Source: Chitinophagales bacterium | GTDB lineage: Bacteria > Bacteroidota > Bacteroidia > Chitinophagales > S012-47 | Direction: 5' to 3' | Assembly (NCBI GenBank): GCA_015487695.1 | Contig: WFPF01000130.1 | Span: 19,079-83,078 of the forward strand | Length of the DNA: 64,000 nucleotides | In this document: one piece after another, positions 1 through 9,324 of the stretch | Layout: the number at the start of each line of letters is the position of its first letter | Position numbering within the stretch: position 1 is the stretch's first letter | Program-made: the position numbers and the translations under genes | The notes under the pieces: generated by a model | Database searches by the model: none | What the model was told of the DNA's origin: nothing | The model's input: only the letters and a program-made list of their open reading frames with translations

Positions 1-1
1 G

Positions 2-493
2 GACAACGGAGACCTCTCCAATATCGGTTATGCCATCGAGCTCATGCGATGGTTCAAACCCACGTTGACGGTGATTAACCTTTCAAACGTGGATGGCTGT
101 CACAGCAATTTTACGGGCTATCTGCGTTCTCTTCACCGGGCCGACCACGGGGTCGCTCATCTTTGGAAGGAAATTCAGAATATTCCGGAGATGAAGGACA
201 ACACCGTGATGATCATGATACCGGAGTGTGGCAGGAACAGCGACCCCAATCCCATTCTGGACGAAAACGACTGGTATGCATTCGATCACTCGGATCAGAA
301 TTCACTACGAATCTTCGGTGCCATGCTGGGCCCGGGCGTACCCTCAGGCCTGAAATTAGGCAGCGAAAGCAATCCGGTTGGCAATATCCAGGACGGAGTG
401 CTTACCGTAGCCGACATATTGGGGTTCAAAGATTCCGTAATCAGTACCGGCATGGTCAATGGCGCAGCCATGTCATGGTTTGACAGAATATAA
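2..493 (+). CDS. DUF1501-like / alkaline-phosphatase-superfamily protein, C-terminal fragment (5' end outside window)
   Basis: This frame is open from the window edge to TAA 491-493; ORF-track 44..493 is its distal part. Motifs VDGCHSNF, ECGRNSDPNP, AFDHSD and a Gly-rich tail (GPGVPSG...GSESNPVG...VADILGF) match the layout I recall for the DUF1501 C-terminal half. Confidence 0.6.
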   Translation, partial: DNGDLSNIGYAIELMRWFKPTLTVINLSNVDGCHSNFTGYLRSLHRADHGVAHLWKEIQNIPEMKDNTVMIMIPECGRNSDPNPILDENDWYAFDHSDQNSLRIFGAMLGPGVPSGLKLGSESNPVGNIQDGVLTVADILGFKDSVISTGMVNGAAMSWFDRI

Positions 494-499
494 ACGCAA

Positions 500-1444
500 A
501 TGAAGCAAGTAATCATCATATTAATTTTAGGCCTTGCACTGAGTGCCTGCACCAAAGACCTGCCCCCGAACCCGTATGACAATGTTGACAATCAGAGCAA
601 GGACACGGTCATTGTGGAAGCTCTTGATTCCACTTCCATTGTCGGCTTGCATGCCTTTCTCTTCAGTCAGACCTGTGCTTACTCGGGATGCCATGACGGC
701 ACTTTCGAACCCGATTTCAGGACCATCGAAAGCACCTACAACACTCTGGTCTATCAGCCCGTGGTCAAAAACGATCCACAGGGTAGTTTCACCTACCGGG
801 TTTTGCCTTTCAACCCGGACAAATCCGTTTTGATTACCCGCCTGACCGTTGACATAGACGGCCTCTCAGGGATCATGCCCATTGCCATTGATCCATTCTC
901 GGAGTATCCGGCCAACAAGGACCGGTATATTGCTTTCGTGCGCCAGTGGATTGAAAAAGGCGCACCCGACATGTTTGGCAAGCTGCCCACCCTTGGCAAC
1001 CGGGAACCGGAAATGAAAGGAGTACTTGCTTTTGACAACAACAATCAACTGCTGGAACGAAACCCCGGCAACGGCAGCATAAAAGTGCCGCAGGGCACGC
1101 CTTCCATTGCACTTTGGTTTGCGGTCTCGGATGACTCCACGGCTCCGGCTTCCCTGACTTACAACAAGATCAAATTCTCGCTCTTCAAAGACGATTTCGC
1201 TACGGCAAGCGAGGAGAATCTGCAAATCAGTGCCAATCCGGTGATTGAAGATGACTACTTCGGTGAGCCGGCAAATTATTACCATAAAATAGTTCTTCCG
1301 AACCCGGATCAATATGGTGCCACGGGAACAATCGTTTACTTCCGGATCTATGTGAAAGACCCGCAGCATGCAGTGACCGAAATACCGGAAGACGGAAGCT
1401 TTACTTACATAAAAAAATACTTTTCTTTTGAAATCACCCCATGA
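500..1444 (+). CDS. lipoprotein with PSCyt1-like C-X4-CH motif, function unknown
   Basis: ATG lies 6 nt after the upstream stop. N-terminus MKQVIIILILGLALSAC is a lipoprotein signal with a lipobox Cys. CAYSGCH followed by ...GLSGIMP resembles the planctomycete cytochrome-c-like domain layout. Confidence 0.7.
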   Translation: MKQVIIILILGLALSACTKDLPPNPYDNVDNQSKDTVIVEALDSTSIVGLHAFLFSQTCAYSGCHDGTFEPDFRTIESTYNTLVYQPVVKNDPQGSFTYRVLPFNPDKSVLITRLTVDIDGLSGIMPIAIDPFSEYPANKDRYIAFVRQWIEKGAPDMFGKLPTLGNREPEMKGVLAFDNNNQLLERNPGNGSIKVPQGTPSIALWFAVSDDSTAPASLTYNKIKFSLFKDDFATASEENLQISANPVIEDDYFGEPANYYHKIVLPNPDQYGATGTIVYFRIYVKDPQHAVTEIPEDGSFTYIKKYFSFEITP

Positions 1445-1893
1445 AAGCAATCATTAAAATAAGCGGATTATTCATTGTCTTGCTCGGCCTGATGGCCTGT
1501 GGCGGCAAAGATCCATTTCCCTATGATATCAGCCCCGAGCTGCGCATAGTGAGTGCAGGCCCTGAAGTGTTGCGCGAGTTTCAGGATTCACTGATCGTGG
1601 TGCTGGAGTACAAGGACGGAGACGGAGACATCGGCTTTGAAAACCCGGACTCTGCGGCTCTCTGGGTACAGGACATCCGCCTGAGCAAGCCCGACCCTTA
1701 TTTTGTAAAGCCCCTTTCGCCTCCGAATGGCGAGCAGGTATCCATTCAGGGGACCCTTCGCTTTCGTCTGAGGGGTACTTTCATATTTGGCAATGCCAAT
1801 ATGGAAAAAACCGTATTCAAAATCCGTCTTAAAGACCGGGCCGGCCACTGGAGCGAAGAGGTCTCCACTCCCGAAATAACCATTGTGAAATAG
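1441..1893 (+). CDS. small lipoprotein, function unknown
   Basis: ATGA start/stop overlap with the upstream gene. N-terminus MKAIIKISGLFIVLLGLMAC has a lipobox. Contains an acidic DGDGDIGFENPD motif. Confidence 0.7.
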   Translation: MKAIIKISGLFIVLLGLMACGGKDPFPYDISPELRIVSAGPEVLREFQDSLIVVLEYKDGDGDIGFENPDSAALWVQDIRLSKPDPYFVKPLSPPNGEQVSIQGTLRFRLRGTFIFGNANMEKTVFKIRLKDRAGHWSEEVSTPEITIVK

Positions 1894-1902
1894 CCATTGC
1901 GA

Positions 1903-4900
1903 ATGAAGTCAAAGAGCCTGATTACTTTCTTTTTACTACTGTTCTATGCCGGCAGCAGCATGGGCCAGGTCACCTACAACATGTCCAACATGCGTGTAGA
2001 AGATTGCGAAGGCATATTGCTCGACAGCGATGCCAATGACGGAGCTCCCGGCAATTACGACCACAATGAACACTTTGTTTTTAGCATCTGTCCTCCGGGT
2101 GGCGACAGCATCTTCTTTACTTTCCTGGATTTTGGCACCGAGCCCAATTATGACGTACTCAAGATTTATGACGGCCCCGATACCAACAGCCCGCTGATAG
2201 GCTCCTTTTCGGGCACAAGCAATCCGGGATCTTTCATTGCGCTTTCAGGCTGCATCACCTTAAAGTTTACTTCGGATGCCGACCTCTCCGATATCGGATG
2301 GATAGCCGAGTGGCGGACGGTGCTGAAAGAACCTGTGCCACCTAAAATTACAACCGTAAGCGGGGCAAGCTGCTTTGCCAATACCCTCCGCATTGATTTT
2401 GACAAAGACATTGTCTGTGATTCGCTGCTTCCGTCTTATTTCACAATTTCGGGGCCCAGCCCGGTCACGGTTGCCACTGTGACACCCAACCCCTGCAACA
2501 ATGGATTTACGCGCTCCGTCACGCTGACCCTGAATCCGTCATTCTCCGACAACGGCAATTATGCCATCGTCTATCATTACCGCTTTACCGACATCTGCGG
2601 GAACCTGTGGGAATTCGATATTCCGGCCAATGTGAGTGTCAGCGATTGTCCGTTGACGGCAGAGATTCTGGCCTCTTCGGATACCATCTGCCGGGGCGAC
2701 TGTGTGGAGCTTACCGGGACGGCAAGCGGAGGGGATGCAGCAAGTTACCAGTTTCAGTGGAACAATGGCATACCGGCAGGTGCAGGGCCTCATACGGTAT
2801 GCCCTCTGACGACAACTACGTACCAGCTAACGGTGAGCGACAACAGTCCTTCTCCCTCGGATGTGGCCAGCAAAACCATCGTGGTGGTTCCGAGGCCCAA
2901 TGCCGGAAACAACCGGAGCATGTGCCGATTTGATGCCCCCATTACGCTCAACGGGTCTCCGGCTGGGGGCTACTGGTCGGGGTCGGGAATAGCCGATGCA
3001 GGCGCAGGCACGTTTGACCCTGACAGCGGAATAATAGGCATCAACAAGGTTTGGTACACGGTCAATGGCTGTGCCGATACCATTGAAGTGGAAGTCCTCT
3101 TTGCATGGGCCGGCCCTACGCAGGCCGCCTGTCCAGGGAGCGCTCCTTTCAAGGTCACCGGTGGCTATCCCTTTGGAGGAAGCTGGTCAGGCCCCAACAT
3201 CACCACGGATGGCACTTTCGATCCGGCCAACCCCGGTTCATACACCGTCACCTACACGGCACCCAACGGCTGCCAGCATTCAAAAACCATCCATGTCGAT
3301 ACCATCATTATGGCGTCAGCAGATACGGCATGCACCAGCCTGAAATCATATTTCCTCAACGCCTCTCCTACGGGCGGGGTCTGGTCCGGAAAAGGCATCG
3401 TAAATTCAAGTACCGGAGAATTTAATCCAAGTGCTGCCGGCAGCGGCACGCACACCATCACCTATACTTTGAAAGGGTGCTCCAAAAGCATGCAGGTCTA
3501 TGTGCAGGCGATCAACGCGCGATGGAACCGTGTATACTGCCCCTCCCAGGGACTCGACACCCTTGCCGCAGCCATCCCCTCGGGTGGGTACTGGACGGGA
3601 AACGGAATAGTCGACAGCCTGGTTGGTTCTTACAATCCCTCGTGGAACAATGGCAAAAATTACAACGACTATGTCGTGTATCACCTTCAGGGATGCACCG
3701 ATACGATCATTGTCTACGGCCGGATCACAAAAATTTATACCGATACCCTTTTCTTCTGCCAATCCGACAGCCTATTGAAATTGGACTGGAAGGGCATTCG
3801 CAGGACACCGGGCAACGGCCAGTGGTCAGGGCCGGGTATTACCGACCCCGACTATCCCGGAACATTTGACCCAAAAGTTGCAGGAGCCGGAACGCACACC
3901 CTTGTTTACAATGCAAATACCTGCCTGGACTCTGTAATTATGGTCGTATATCCGCTTCCTTCTTTCCAGGCCGATACGACTGTCTGTACTCAGGCGGGGG
4001 CCTTTCCTCTGGAGGTGACACCTCCCGGAGGTGTTTGGGATGGTTACGGAATCATTGACACCAATGCCGGAATTTTTGATCCGCAGATAACAGGCACCGG
4101 GAGCTTTACGATTCGCTATACGAGCACAAAGGGGTGCCGCGATTCCATGCAGGTACATGTTGAGCCCCTTCAAAATATATCAATCGACCCGGTTGCTTCC
4201 TTCTTTTGCTATGCCGACAGCATGGTGCTTCTGAATGCCAGTCCGCAAGGCGGCAAATTTTCAGGGCCGGGCATACAAGACAGCTTTTTCAATCCTTTGC
4301 TTGCCGACAGCGGCATGCATGTGATCTATTATGACTATGGCAGCGGAGAATGTGCCGTGAAGGATTCATTCACTGTCAGGGTGGGGGCTCCGCTGTGGGC
4401 TCAAATCAGTTTTGAGGCTGATTCCATTTGCTATGGAGATGTTTCGCGCTTCAGGGCAGAAGCAGGTGGCGGACTGGGCAGCAACTATCAGTATCGGTGG
4501 AGCCATGGCCTCGGCACGAAAGACTCGGTAATTGTCAATCCGACCGTATCAACAAGCTATACGGTAACGGTATCGGACGGCTGCACGCAGGAAGCCTCCG
4601 CCAGCGTCTATGTACACGTCTATCCCGAGATCGTGACAAGCTACAGCAGCGGACCAAAAGTTTGCTACGGAATCAAAAGTTTTGTGGCTGCCTCGGGCAA
4701 TGGCAACTACCGCTTCGAATGGCAGACAGATCCTCCGTATCAGGGCGATACCCTCAAGGCCATAGCAGGTGATTACCGGGTTACGGTTCGCGACCTGAAC
4801 TCGGGATGCACCCTCACAGAAACCGCCTCCATAGAGGGGTACCCCTACATTAAGGCCAGTTTTTCAGTCAATCCGGATGCCCCCTGCACAAATATTCTTC

Positions 4901-5382
4901 ACCCCGAATTAAGCATCATCGATAGATCGGTGGGTGGCAGCACTGGCCTCTTCAGCTTCGGTGACGGTACTACTTTCAATTATTCCCCCGGAATTTTCCT
5001 GGACCACAGCTATGCCGACACCGGCACATACCGCCTTTTCCTCCGGATTGAAAATGAGGGGGGCTGTGCGGATTCCTCCGAGCTCTTTTTCTGTGTCGAG
5101 CCGGCTGCCACACTCTACCTTCCCAGTGGCTTTACTCCGAACAACGATGGACTGAATGATTACTTCAGAGCCAAAGGAATTGGCATCGTGGAATTTCACA
5201 TGGCCATCTTCAACCGCTGGGGCGAAAAACTATTCGAAAGCGATGACATTGACCAGGGATGGGACGGAATCTACAAAGGCCGCATCTCGCCCAATGATGC
5301 CTACACCTATCTGGTAATCTACAAGGACATGACCTCGGATGAAATGAAAAAGAAAAAAGGCACATTTGCCCTCATTCGCTAG
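1903..5382 (+). CDS. giant secreted adhesin-like protein: CUB domain, about 7 tandem Ig-like repeats, PKD-like domain, T9SS type B (gliding-motility-associated) C-terminal sorting domain
   Basis: Signal peptide MKSKSLITFFLLLFYAGSSMGQ. CUB-like YDVLKIYDGPDTNSPLIG. Repeated GGxWSGxGI...GxFDP...GtHtitY units. PKD-like FSFGDGTTFNYSPG. C-terminus LPSGFTPNNDGLNDYF...FNRWGEKLF...WDG...YTYLV is the type B CTD signature. The ORF track starts at TTG 1897; ATG 1903 is preferred. Confidence 0.9.
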   Translation: MKSKSLITFFLLLFYAGSSMGQVTYNMSNMRVEDCEGILLDSDANDGAPGNYDHNEHFVFSICPPGGDSIFFTFLDFGTEPNYDVLKIYDGPDTNSPLIGSFSGTSNPGSFIALSGCITLKFTSDADLSDIGWIAEWRTVLKEPVPPKITTVSGASCFANTLRIDFDKDIVCDSLLPSYFTISGPSPVTVATVTPNPCNNGFTRSVTLTLNPSFSDNGNYAIVYHYRFTDICGNLWEFDIPANVSVSDCPLTAEILASSDTICRGDCVELTGTASGGDAASYQFQWNNGIPAGAGPHTVCPLTTTTYQLTVSDNSPSPSDVASKTIVVVPRPNAGNNRSMCRFDAPITLNGSPAGGYWSGSGIADAGAGTFDPDSGIIGINKVWYTVNGCADTIEVEVLFAWAGPTQAACPGSAPFKVTGGYPFGGSWSGPNITTDGTFDPANPGSYTVTYTAPNGCQHSKTIHVDTIIMASADTACTSLKSYFLNASPTGGVWSGKGIVNSSTGEFNPSAAGSGTHTITYTLKGCSKSMQVYVQAINARWNRVYCPSQGLDTLAAAIPSGGYWTGNGIVDSLVGSYNPSWNNGKNYNDYVVYHLQGCTDTIIVYGRITKIYTDTLFFCQSDSLLKLDWKGIRRTPGNGQWSGPGITDPDYPGTFDPKVAGAGTHTLVYNANTCLDSVIMVVYPLPSFQADTTVCTQAGAFPLEVTPPGGVWDGYGIIDTNAGIFDPQITGTGSFTIRYTSTKGCRDSMQVHVEPLQNISIDPVASFFCYADSMVLLNASPQGGKFSGPGIQDSFFNPLLADSGMHVIYYDYGSGECAVKDSFTVRVGAPLWAQISFEADSICYGDVSRFRAEAGGGLGSNYQYRWSHGLGTKDSVIVNPTVSTSYTVTVSDGCTQEASASVYVHVYPEIVTSYSSGPKVCYGIKSFVAASGNGNYRFEWQTDPPYQGDTLKAIAGDYRVTVRDLNSGCTLTETASIEGYPYIKASFSVNPDAPCTNILHPELSIIDRSVGGSTGLFSFGDGTTFNYSPGIFLDHSYADTGTYRLFLRIENEGGCADSSELFFCVEPAATLYLPSGFTPNNDGLNDYFRAKGIGIVEFHMAIFNRWGEKLFESDDIDQGWDGIYKGRISPNDAYTYLVIYKDMTSDEMKKKKGTFALIR

Positions 5383-5436
5383 AGAAGAAGCCGGGAAGCT
5401 TTTTATCTTTATTCCGCACAATCAGAAGAAAAAATT

Positions 5437-5970
5437 ATGATGAAGAATTTGGGAGTAGGCTCCAAAGTGGAGCATCCGCGATATGGCATGGGAATCGTTT
5501 CCGAAGCGGGAATCAGTTCGTTAAAAGTAATTTTCAAAAACGGAGGCGAACGCGAGTTTTCCCTGGATTATGACGGTTTTGAAATTCTGGAAGAAAAAGA
5601 ACGGCCGGAATCTTCCCTTACCATTGACGATGTGGAACGCGCACTGGCCACGGTGCTGCAAAAATTTGCCGATTTCACCCCGATCGTCCCGATTGCCGAG
5701 CGCTACCGGGGCGGCACCCTGATCCTCAAGCCGGCCGATGAAGAACTCAAAGCAAAAGAAATACCCATCGATATCTTTTTCCACAAAATCGTAATGGTAC
5801 GCGACCGGCTGCGGGTACTTGAACAGAATATCAATAAGAGCAACAATCTGAGCGATGACGAGAAAGTACACCTGCAGCAATATATCACCCGCATGTATGG
5901 CAGCCTGACCACCTTTAACGTACTCTTCAAATACAAAGAAGACCACTTTGTCGGAGAAAAAAGCAAATAA
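5437..5970 (+). CDS. hypothetical cytoplasmic protein
   Basis: 177-aa ORF with host-like composition and no signal peptide. The antisense ORFs are low-complexity. No family recognised. Confidence 0.6.
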   Translation: MMKNLGVGSKVEHPRYGMGIVSEAGISSLKVIFKNGGEREFSLDYDGFEILEEKERPESSLTIDDVERALATVLQKFADFTPIVPIAERYRGGTLILKPADEELKAKEIPIDIFFHKIVMVRDRLRVLEQNINKSNNLSDDEKVHLQQYITRMYGSLTTFNVLFKYKEDHFVGEKSK

Positions 5971-6013
5971 GGGACGCTTGACTTTGGCTTGAATAATTTA
6001 CTACCTTCATGCT

Positions 6014-6700
6014 ATGAAGTGCATTATTGTAGATGATGATCAAATTCAGCGCGAACTCTTGCAGGCCTATATTGGCGAACTGGACAATCTGATTCTGGCC
6101 GGAAGCTTTGAAAATGCACAGCTGGCGCTGAAAGCCCTGCAGGATGAAGATATTGACCTGCTCTTTTTGGATGTCGAAATGCCGCGGATGTCGGGGCTGG
6201 ATCTCCTGAAGTCCCTGTCGCGAAAGCCGCAAATCATCCTCGTAACCAGCTACGAGAAATATGCGGTAGATGCTTTTGATTTTGATGTCACCGATTTTCT
6301 GGTGAAGCCCATTGACTTCGCCCGCTTTGTCAAAGCAGTCAACAAAGCCTCGGAACGAATGCAGCGCAGCATTCCCACGGATGAGGACTATGACATGTTT
6401 GTAAAAGACGGTACGCAACTCATCAAAATAAATACGGGAGATATCATATTTATCACAGCCCTCAGTGATTATGTCAAAATTGCCACTCCTCAGAAGGAAT
6501 ATGCTATTCTCTACACGATGAAGAATATTCTTGACAAGCTCCCCCGCAACAAATTTTGCAGAGTGCACCGCAGCTACATTATCCGCCTGGATAAGATTGA
6601 TAAAATCGAAGACCATATCATTGAAATCGGAGACACACTGATTCCCATCAGCAAATCCTACCGTGACGACTTGTACCGAAAGCTCAATCTCTTGAAATAA
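6014..6700 (+). CDS. LytTR-family response regulator (REC + LytTR DNA-binding domain)
   Basis: REC motifs IIVDDD and LLFLDVEMPRMSGLDL. C-terminal LytTR-like FCRVHRSYIIRLDKI. Confidence 0.9.
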   Translation: MKCIIVDDDQIQRELLQAYIGELDNLILAGSFENAQLALKALQDEDIDLLFLDVEMPRMSGLDLLKSLSRKPQIILVTSYEKYAVDAFDFDVTDFLVKPIDFARFVKAVNKASERMQRSIPTDEDYDMFVKDGTQLIKINTGDIIFITALSDYVKIATPQKEYAILYTMKNILDKLPRNKFCRVHRSYIIRLDKIDKIEDHIIEIGDTLIPISKSYRDDLYRKLNLLK

Positions 6701-9006
6701 TGCCCGCCTTCAACGGAAATAAGCTCCAGCTGAGGGAGATGATCCGAACCCTGGATCACGGAGCGCTGCTCTACCGGCCCAGCGACAAACTCTTCATATG
6801 TAACGAAGCTTTTCGAAAAATTGTAAGTGCCGCACCCGGGAGCGGAGACACCCTGGAGCCTGACCAACTCCTGTCGGCCATCGCATCGGCATTTGAAAAA
6901 GAAAGCGAACTGCGGGAAGAACTGAGAGAAAAGCTGGAAAGCAGGCAAAAAGCTTTCGGGATATTTCACAAAAGCAAAAAAGGACAGCTCATACTGATCA
7001 ACCTCTCATTTTTCCAGATGGATGATTCCAAATTGCTACTGGCCACCTTCAGCAACCTGACGGAGATCAATGATGCGATCATTCTGCTGCAAAAGCAGGA
7101 GGAAAAATACCGGGTCGTGGTTGAAAACATGAACCTGGGAGTGCTCGAAGTAGATTCCAACGGAAGTATCGTGGAAGCATATCCGAAGTTCTGTGAAATG
7201 ACCGGTTATCAAAGGGAAGAGCTCATTGGCCGCAATGCAGCCGAGACCTTTCTGCTTCCCGAAGACAATGCCATCATGAGGAATCAGGAAAGCCTTCGTA
7301 AAAAAGGGGTCCCCGGCATTTATGAAATCCGTCTCAGAAGAAAAGACGGGCGCATCATATGGATGCTCATCAGCGGCACCTCCGTGTATGACGACAAGGG
7401 CCGTGTCTGCGGGTCTTTCGGCATTCATATGGACATTACGCCCATGAAAGCCACCGAAGCGGCATTGCTCGAAAAACATCAGAAACTGGTGGAAGCCAAA
7501 AAGGCGAAGGAATCTCTGATGGCGAACCTGAGCCATGAAATGCGCACACCCATCAATGGTATTCTGGGAATCGTAAGATTGATACTGGCCGAACACAAGC
7601 TGGATACAGAAACCCGGAATAAGCTCCTCAGCCTGAAGAAAACAGCCGGGCACCTGCAATATCAGGTAGAAGAATTGCTGGACTATGCCATCCTGGAAAA
7701 AGGCGGCATGCGCATTGAAGAGCAACCCTTTCACCTGCTTGAAGTACTGGAGATCATACGCTTTTACTATGCGCAGAAAGCAGAAGAAAGCCGGAATGAA
7801 TTTCATTTTGAATATGACGACTCCATTCCCGAAACACTGATAAGCGATCCCATCAAAATCGGGCAGGCCCTGAGACAATTGCTCGACAATGCGTTTAAGT
7901 TTTGTCCGAAGGCCCGCATCACCCTGCGAGCTCAAAAACTGAGAAGCGAAAATGGCAAGACCGAGATAGAGCTTTCGGTTTCGGACACGGGGCCGGGCAT
8001 CCCGCGAAAAGAGTTGCGGCAGATATTCAATGCCTTTTACCGCCTCGAACAAAAGGGCATGATCAGCGAAGGAATGGGCATTGGCCTGCCCATGGCACGC
8101 CTTATCATCGAAAAACTGGGTGGCGAGCTCGAGCTCAGAAGCCGGGAAGGCAAAGGAACCGATGCACTGATCTACCTCTCATTTGAAGGCAGCACGGAGG
8201 AAGAAAGAACCGGACAGATGCGAAAAAAGCCGGAGGAAATTCGCATTCTAGCGGCCGAAGACAACGAGATAAACACCATGATCGTGAAAGAGTATCTTTC
8301 GAGATGGGGCTTTCAATTCGATCTGGTAGACAATGGGCAGGAGGTACTTGACAAACTGCGGGAATACGAATACGACCTCATCCTGATGGATATTCAAATG
8401 CCCGGGCTAAGCGGCCTGGAAGCTGCAAAAATCATCCGGAAGGAATTCCCCGATGACAAAAAAGACATCCCCATCCTGGCGCTGACGGCATACGCCTACA
8501 ACGAAGACCGGGAAAAGTGCCTGGAGGCAGGAATGAATGACTACATTTCAAAGCCTTTCACCCCGATTCAGCTTTTTCATAAGATATCAAGCCTGATACC
8601 TGTCGCAGCAGAGAACGGGGAAAGAAGCAACACCCCTGCTTCTGATAGCAAGAAAGATCCGGATGCTGGCGATATTCTCGACATTGAAAGCCTCCGCATA
8701 TTTACCCGCAACGACTCCGGCCTGCAGGAAAGCCTTGTGAAAACCTTTATAAAGGATGCCCCCAAAGTGCTGTCTGACATCAAAACCCTTATGGAAAAGA
8801 GGCAAATGGAAGAACTGGGCAAAGTGATACATAAAATAAAGCCTTCCATTGCCGTGATGGGGATAAAAAAAGCCATTCCTCTCGTGGAAGCGCTTAATGA
8901 AAAACTTAAGGAAGAAGGCAGACCCGAAGAACTGGAAGGAATAATGCAGGAATTCATCGCTGCATACCAGGAAGGAGTGGCCAGTCTCGAACAACTTTTG
9001 CTCTAA
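6700..9006 (+). CDS. hybrid sensor histidine kinase (PAS, HisKA, HATPase_c, REC, HPt)
   Basis: H-box LSHEMRTPINGILG. ATPase boxes DTGPGIP and GMGIGLPMARLI. REC ILAAEDNEIN...LILMDIQMPGLSG. HPt-like VIHKIKPSIAVMGI. TAATG overlap with the response-regulator stop. Confidence 0.9.
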   Translation: MPAFNGNKLQLREMIRTLDHGALLYRPSDKLFICNEAFRKIVSAAPGSGDTLEPDQLLSAIASAFEKESELREELREKLESRQKAFGIFHKSKKGQLILINLSFFQMDDSKLLLATFSNLTEINDAIILLQKQEEKYRVVVENMNLGVLEVDSNGSIVEAYPKFCEMTGYQREELIGRNAAETFLLPEDNAIMRNQESLRKKGVPGIYEIRLRRKDGRIIWMLISGTSVYDDKGRVCGSFGIHMDITPMKATEAALLEKHQKLVEAKKAKESLMANLSHEMRTPINGILGIVRLILAEHKLDTETRNKLLSLKKTAGHLQYQVEELLDYAILEKGGMRIEEQPFHLLEVLEIIRFYYAQKAEESRNEFHFEYDDSIPETLISDPIKIGQALRQLLDNAFKFCPKARITLRAQKLRSENGKTEIELSVSDTGPGIPRKELRQIFNAFYRLEQKGMISEGMGIGLPMARLIIEKLGGELELRSREGKGTDALIYLSFEGSTEEERTGQMRKKPEEIRILAAEDNEINTMIVKEYLSRWGFQFDLVDNGQEVLDKLREYEYDLILMDIQMPGLSGLEAAKIIRKEFPDDKKDIPILALTAYAYNEDREKCLEAGMNDYISKPFTPIQLFHKISSLIPVAAENGERSNTPASDSKKDPDAGDILDIESLRIFTRNDSGLQESLVKTFIKDAPKVLSDIKTLMEKRQMEELGKVIHKIKPSIAVMGIKKAIPLVEALNEKLKEEGRPEELEGIMQEFIAAYQEGVASLEQLLL

Positions 9007-9324
9007 TCAGCGGGCTTTTGTGCGCAGCAGCTTGTAAAGCATGCGACAATTCTCTATTTCCGGAAGCACCCTGCGCCTGAAAGATTGCAAATCAATAGCT
9101 AATTCTCTATCTTAGTTTAATGCATTATTAAAATAAGGAGCTGATACTGCGCATTATCTGACACCAATAGCCTCTGCCGCATCCCCCGAAGAAGCAGCCA
9201 AAAAGTGCGGTTCGGCAGCCCTTCCCTGCACCATTTAAGTAGCAAGAGAACAGTTAACAACATAAAGGAACCGGCCGGCAATTCCTCTTTGAGGAAAGCG
9301 CAGATGGGAATTGAAAATAACACT

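Noticed and set aside
7036-8052. 338-aa ORF antisense to the hybrid histidine kinase
   Set aside because: The sense frame has H-box and ATPase motifs. The antisense ORF has no features.
9205-9222. GTGCGGTTCGGCAGCC as a tRNA T-arm in the 318-nt gap before the pirin gene
   Set aside because: There is no complementary stem, no acceptor or anticodon arms, and it does not fold as a cloverleaf.
9205-9324. N-terminal extension of the pirin-family ORF (ORF-track start 9205)
   Set aside because: The extension has no similarity to pirin N-termini. MALQIF at 9325 aligns with the expected start. ATG 9304 remains an alternative.
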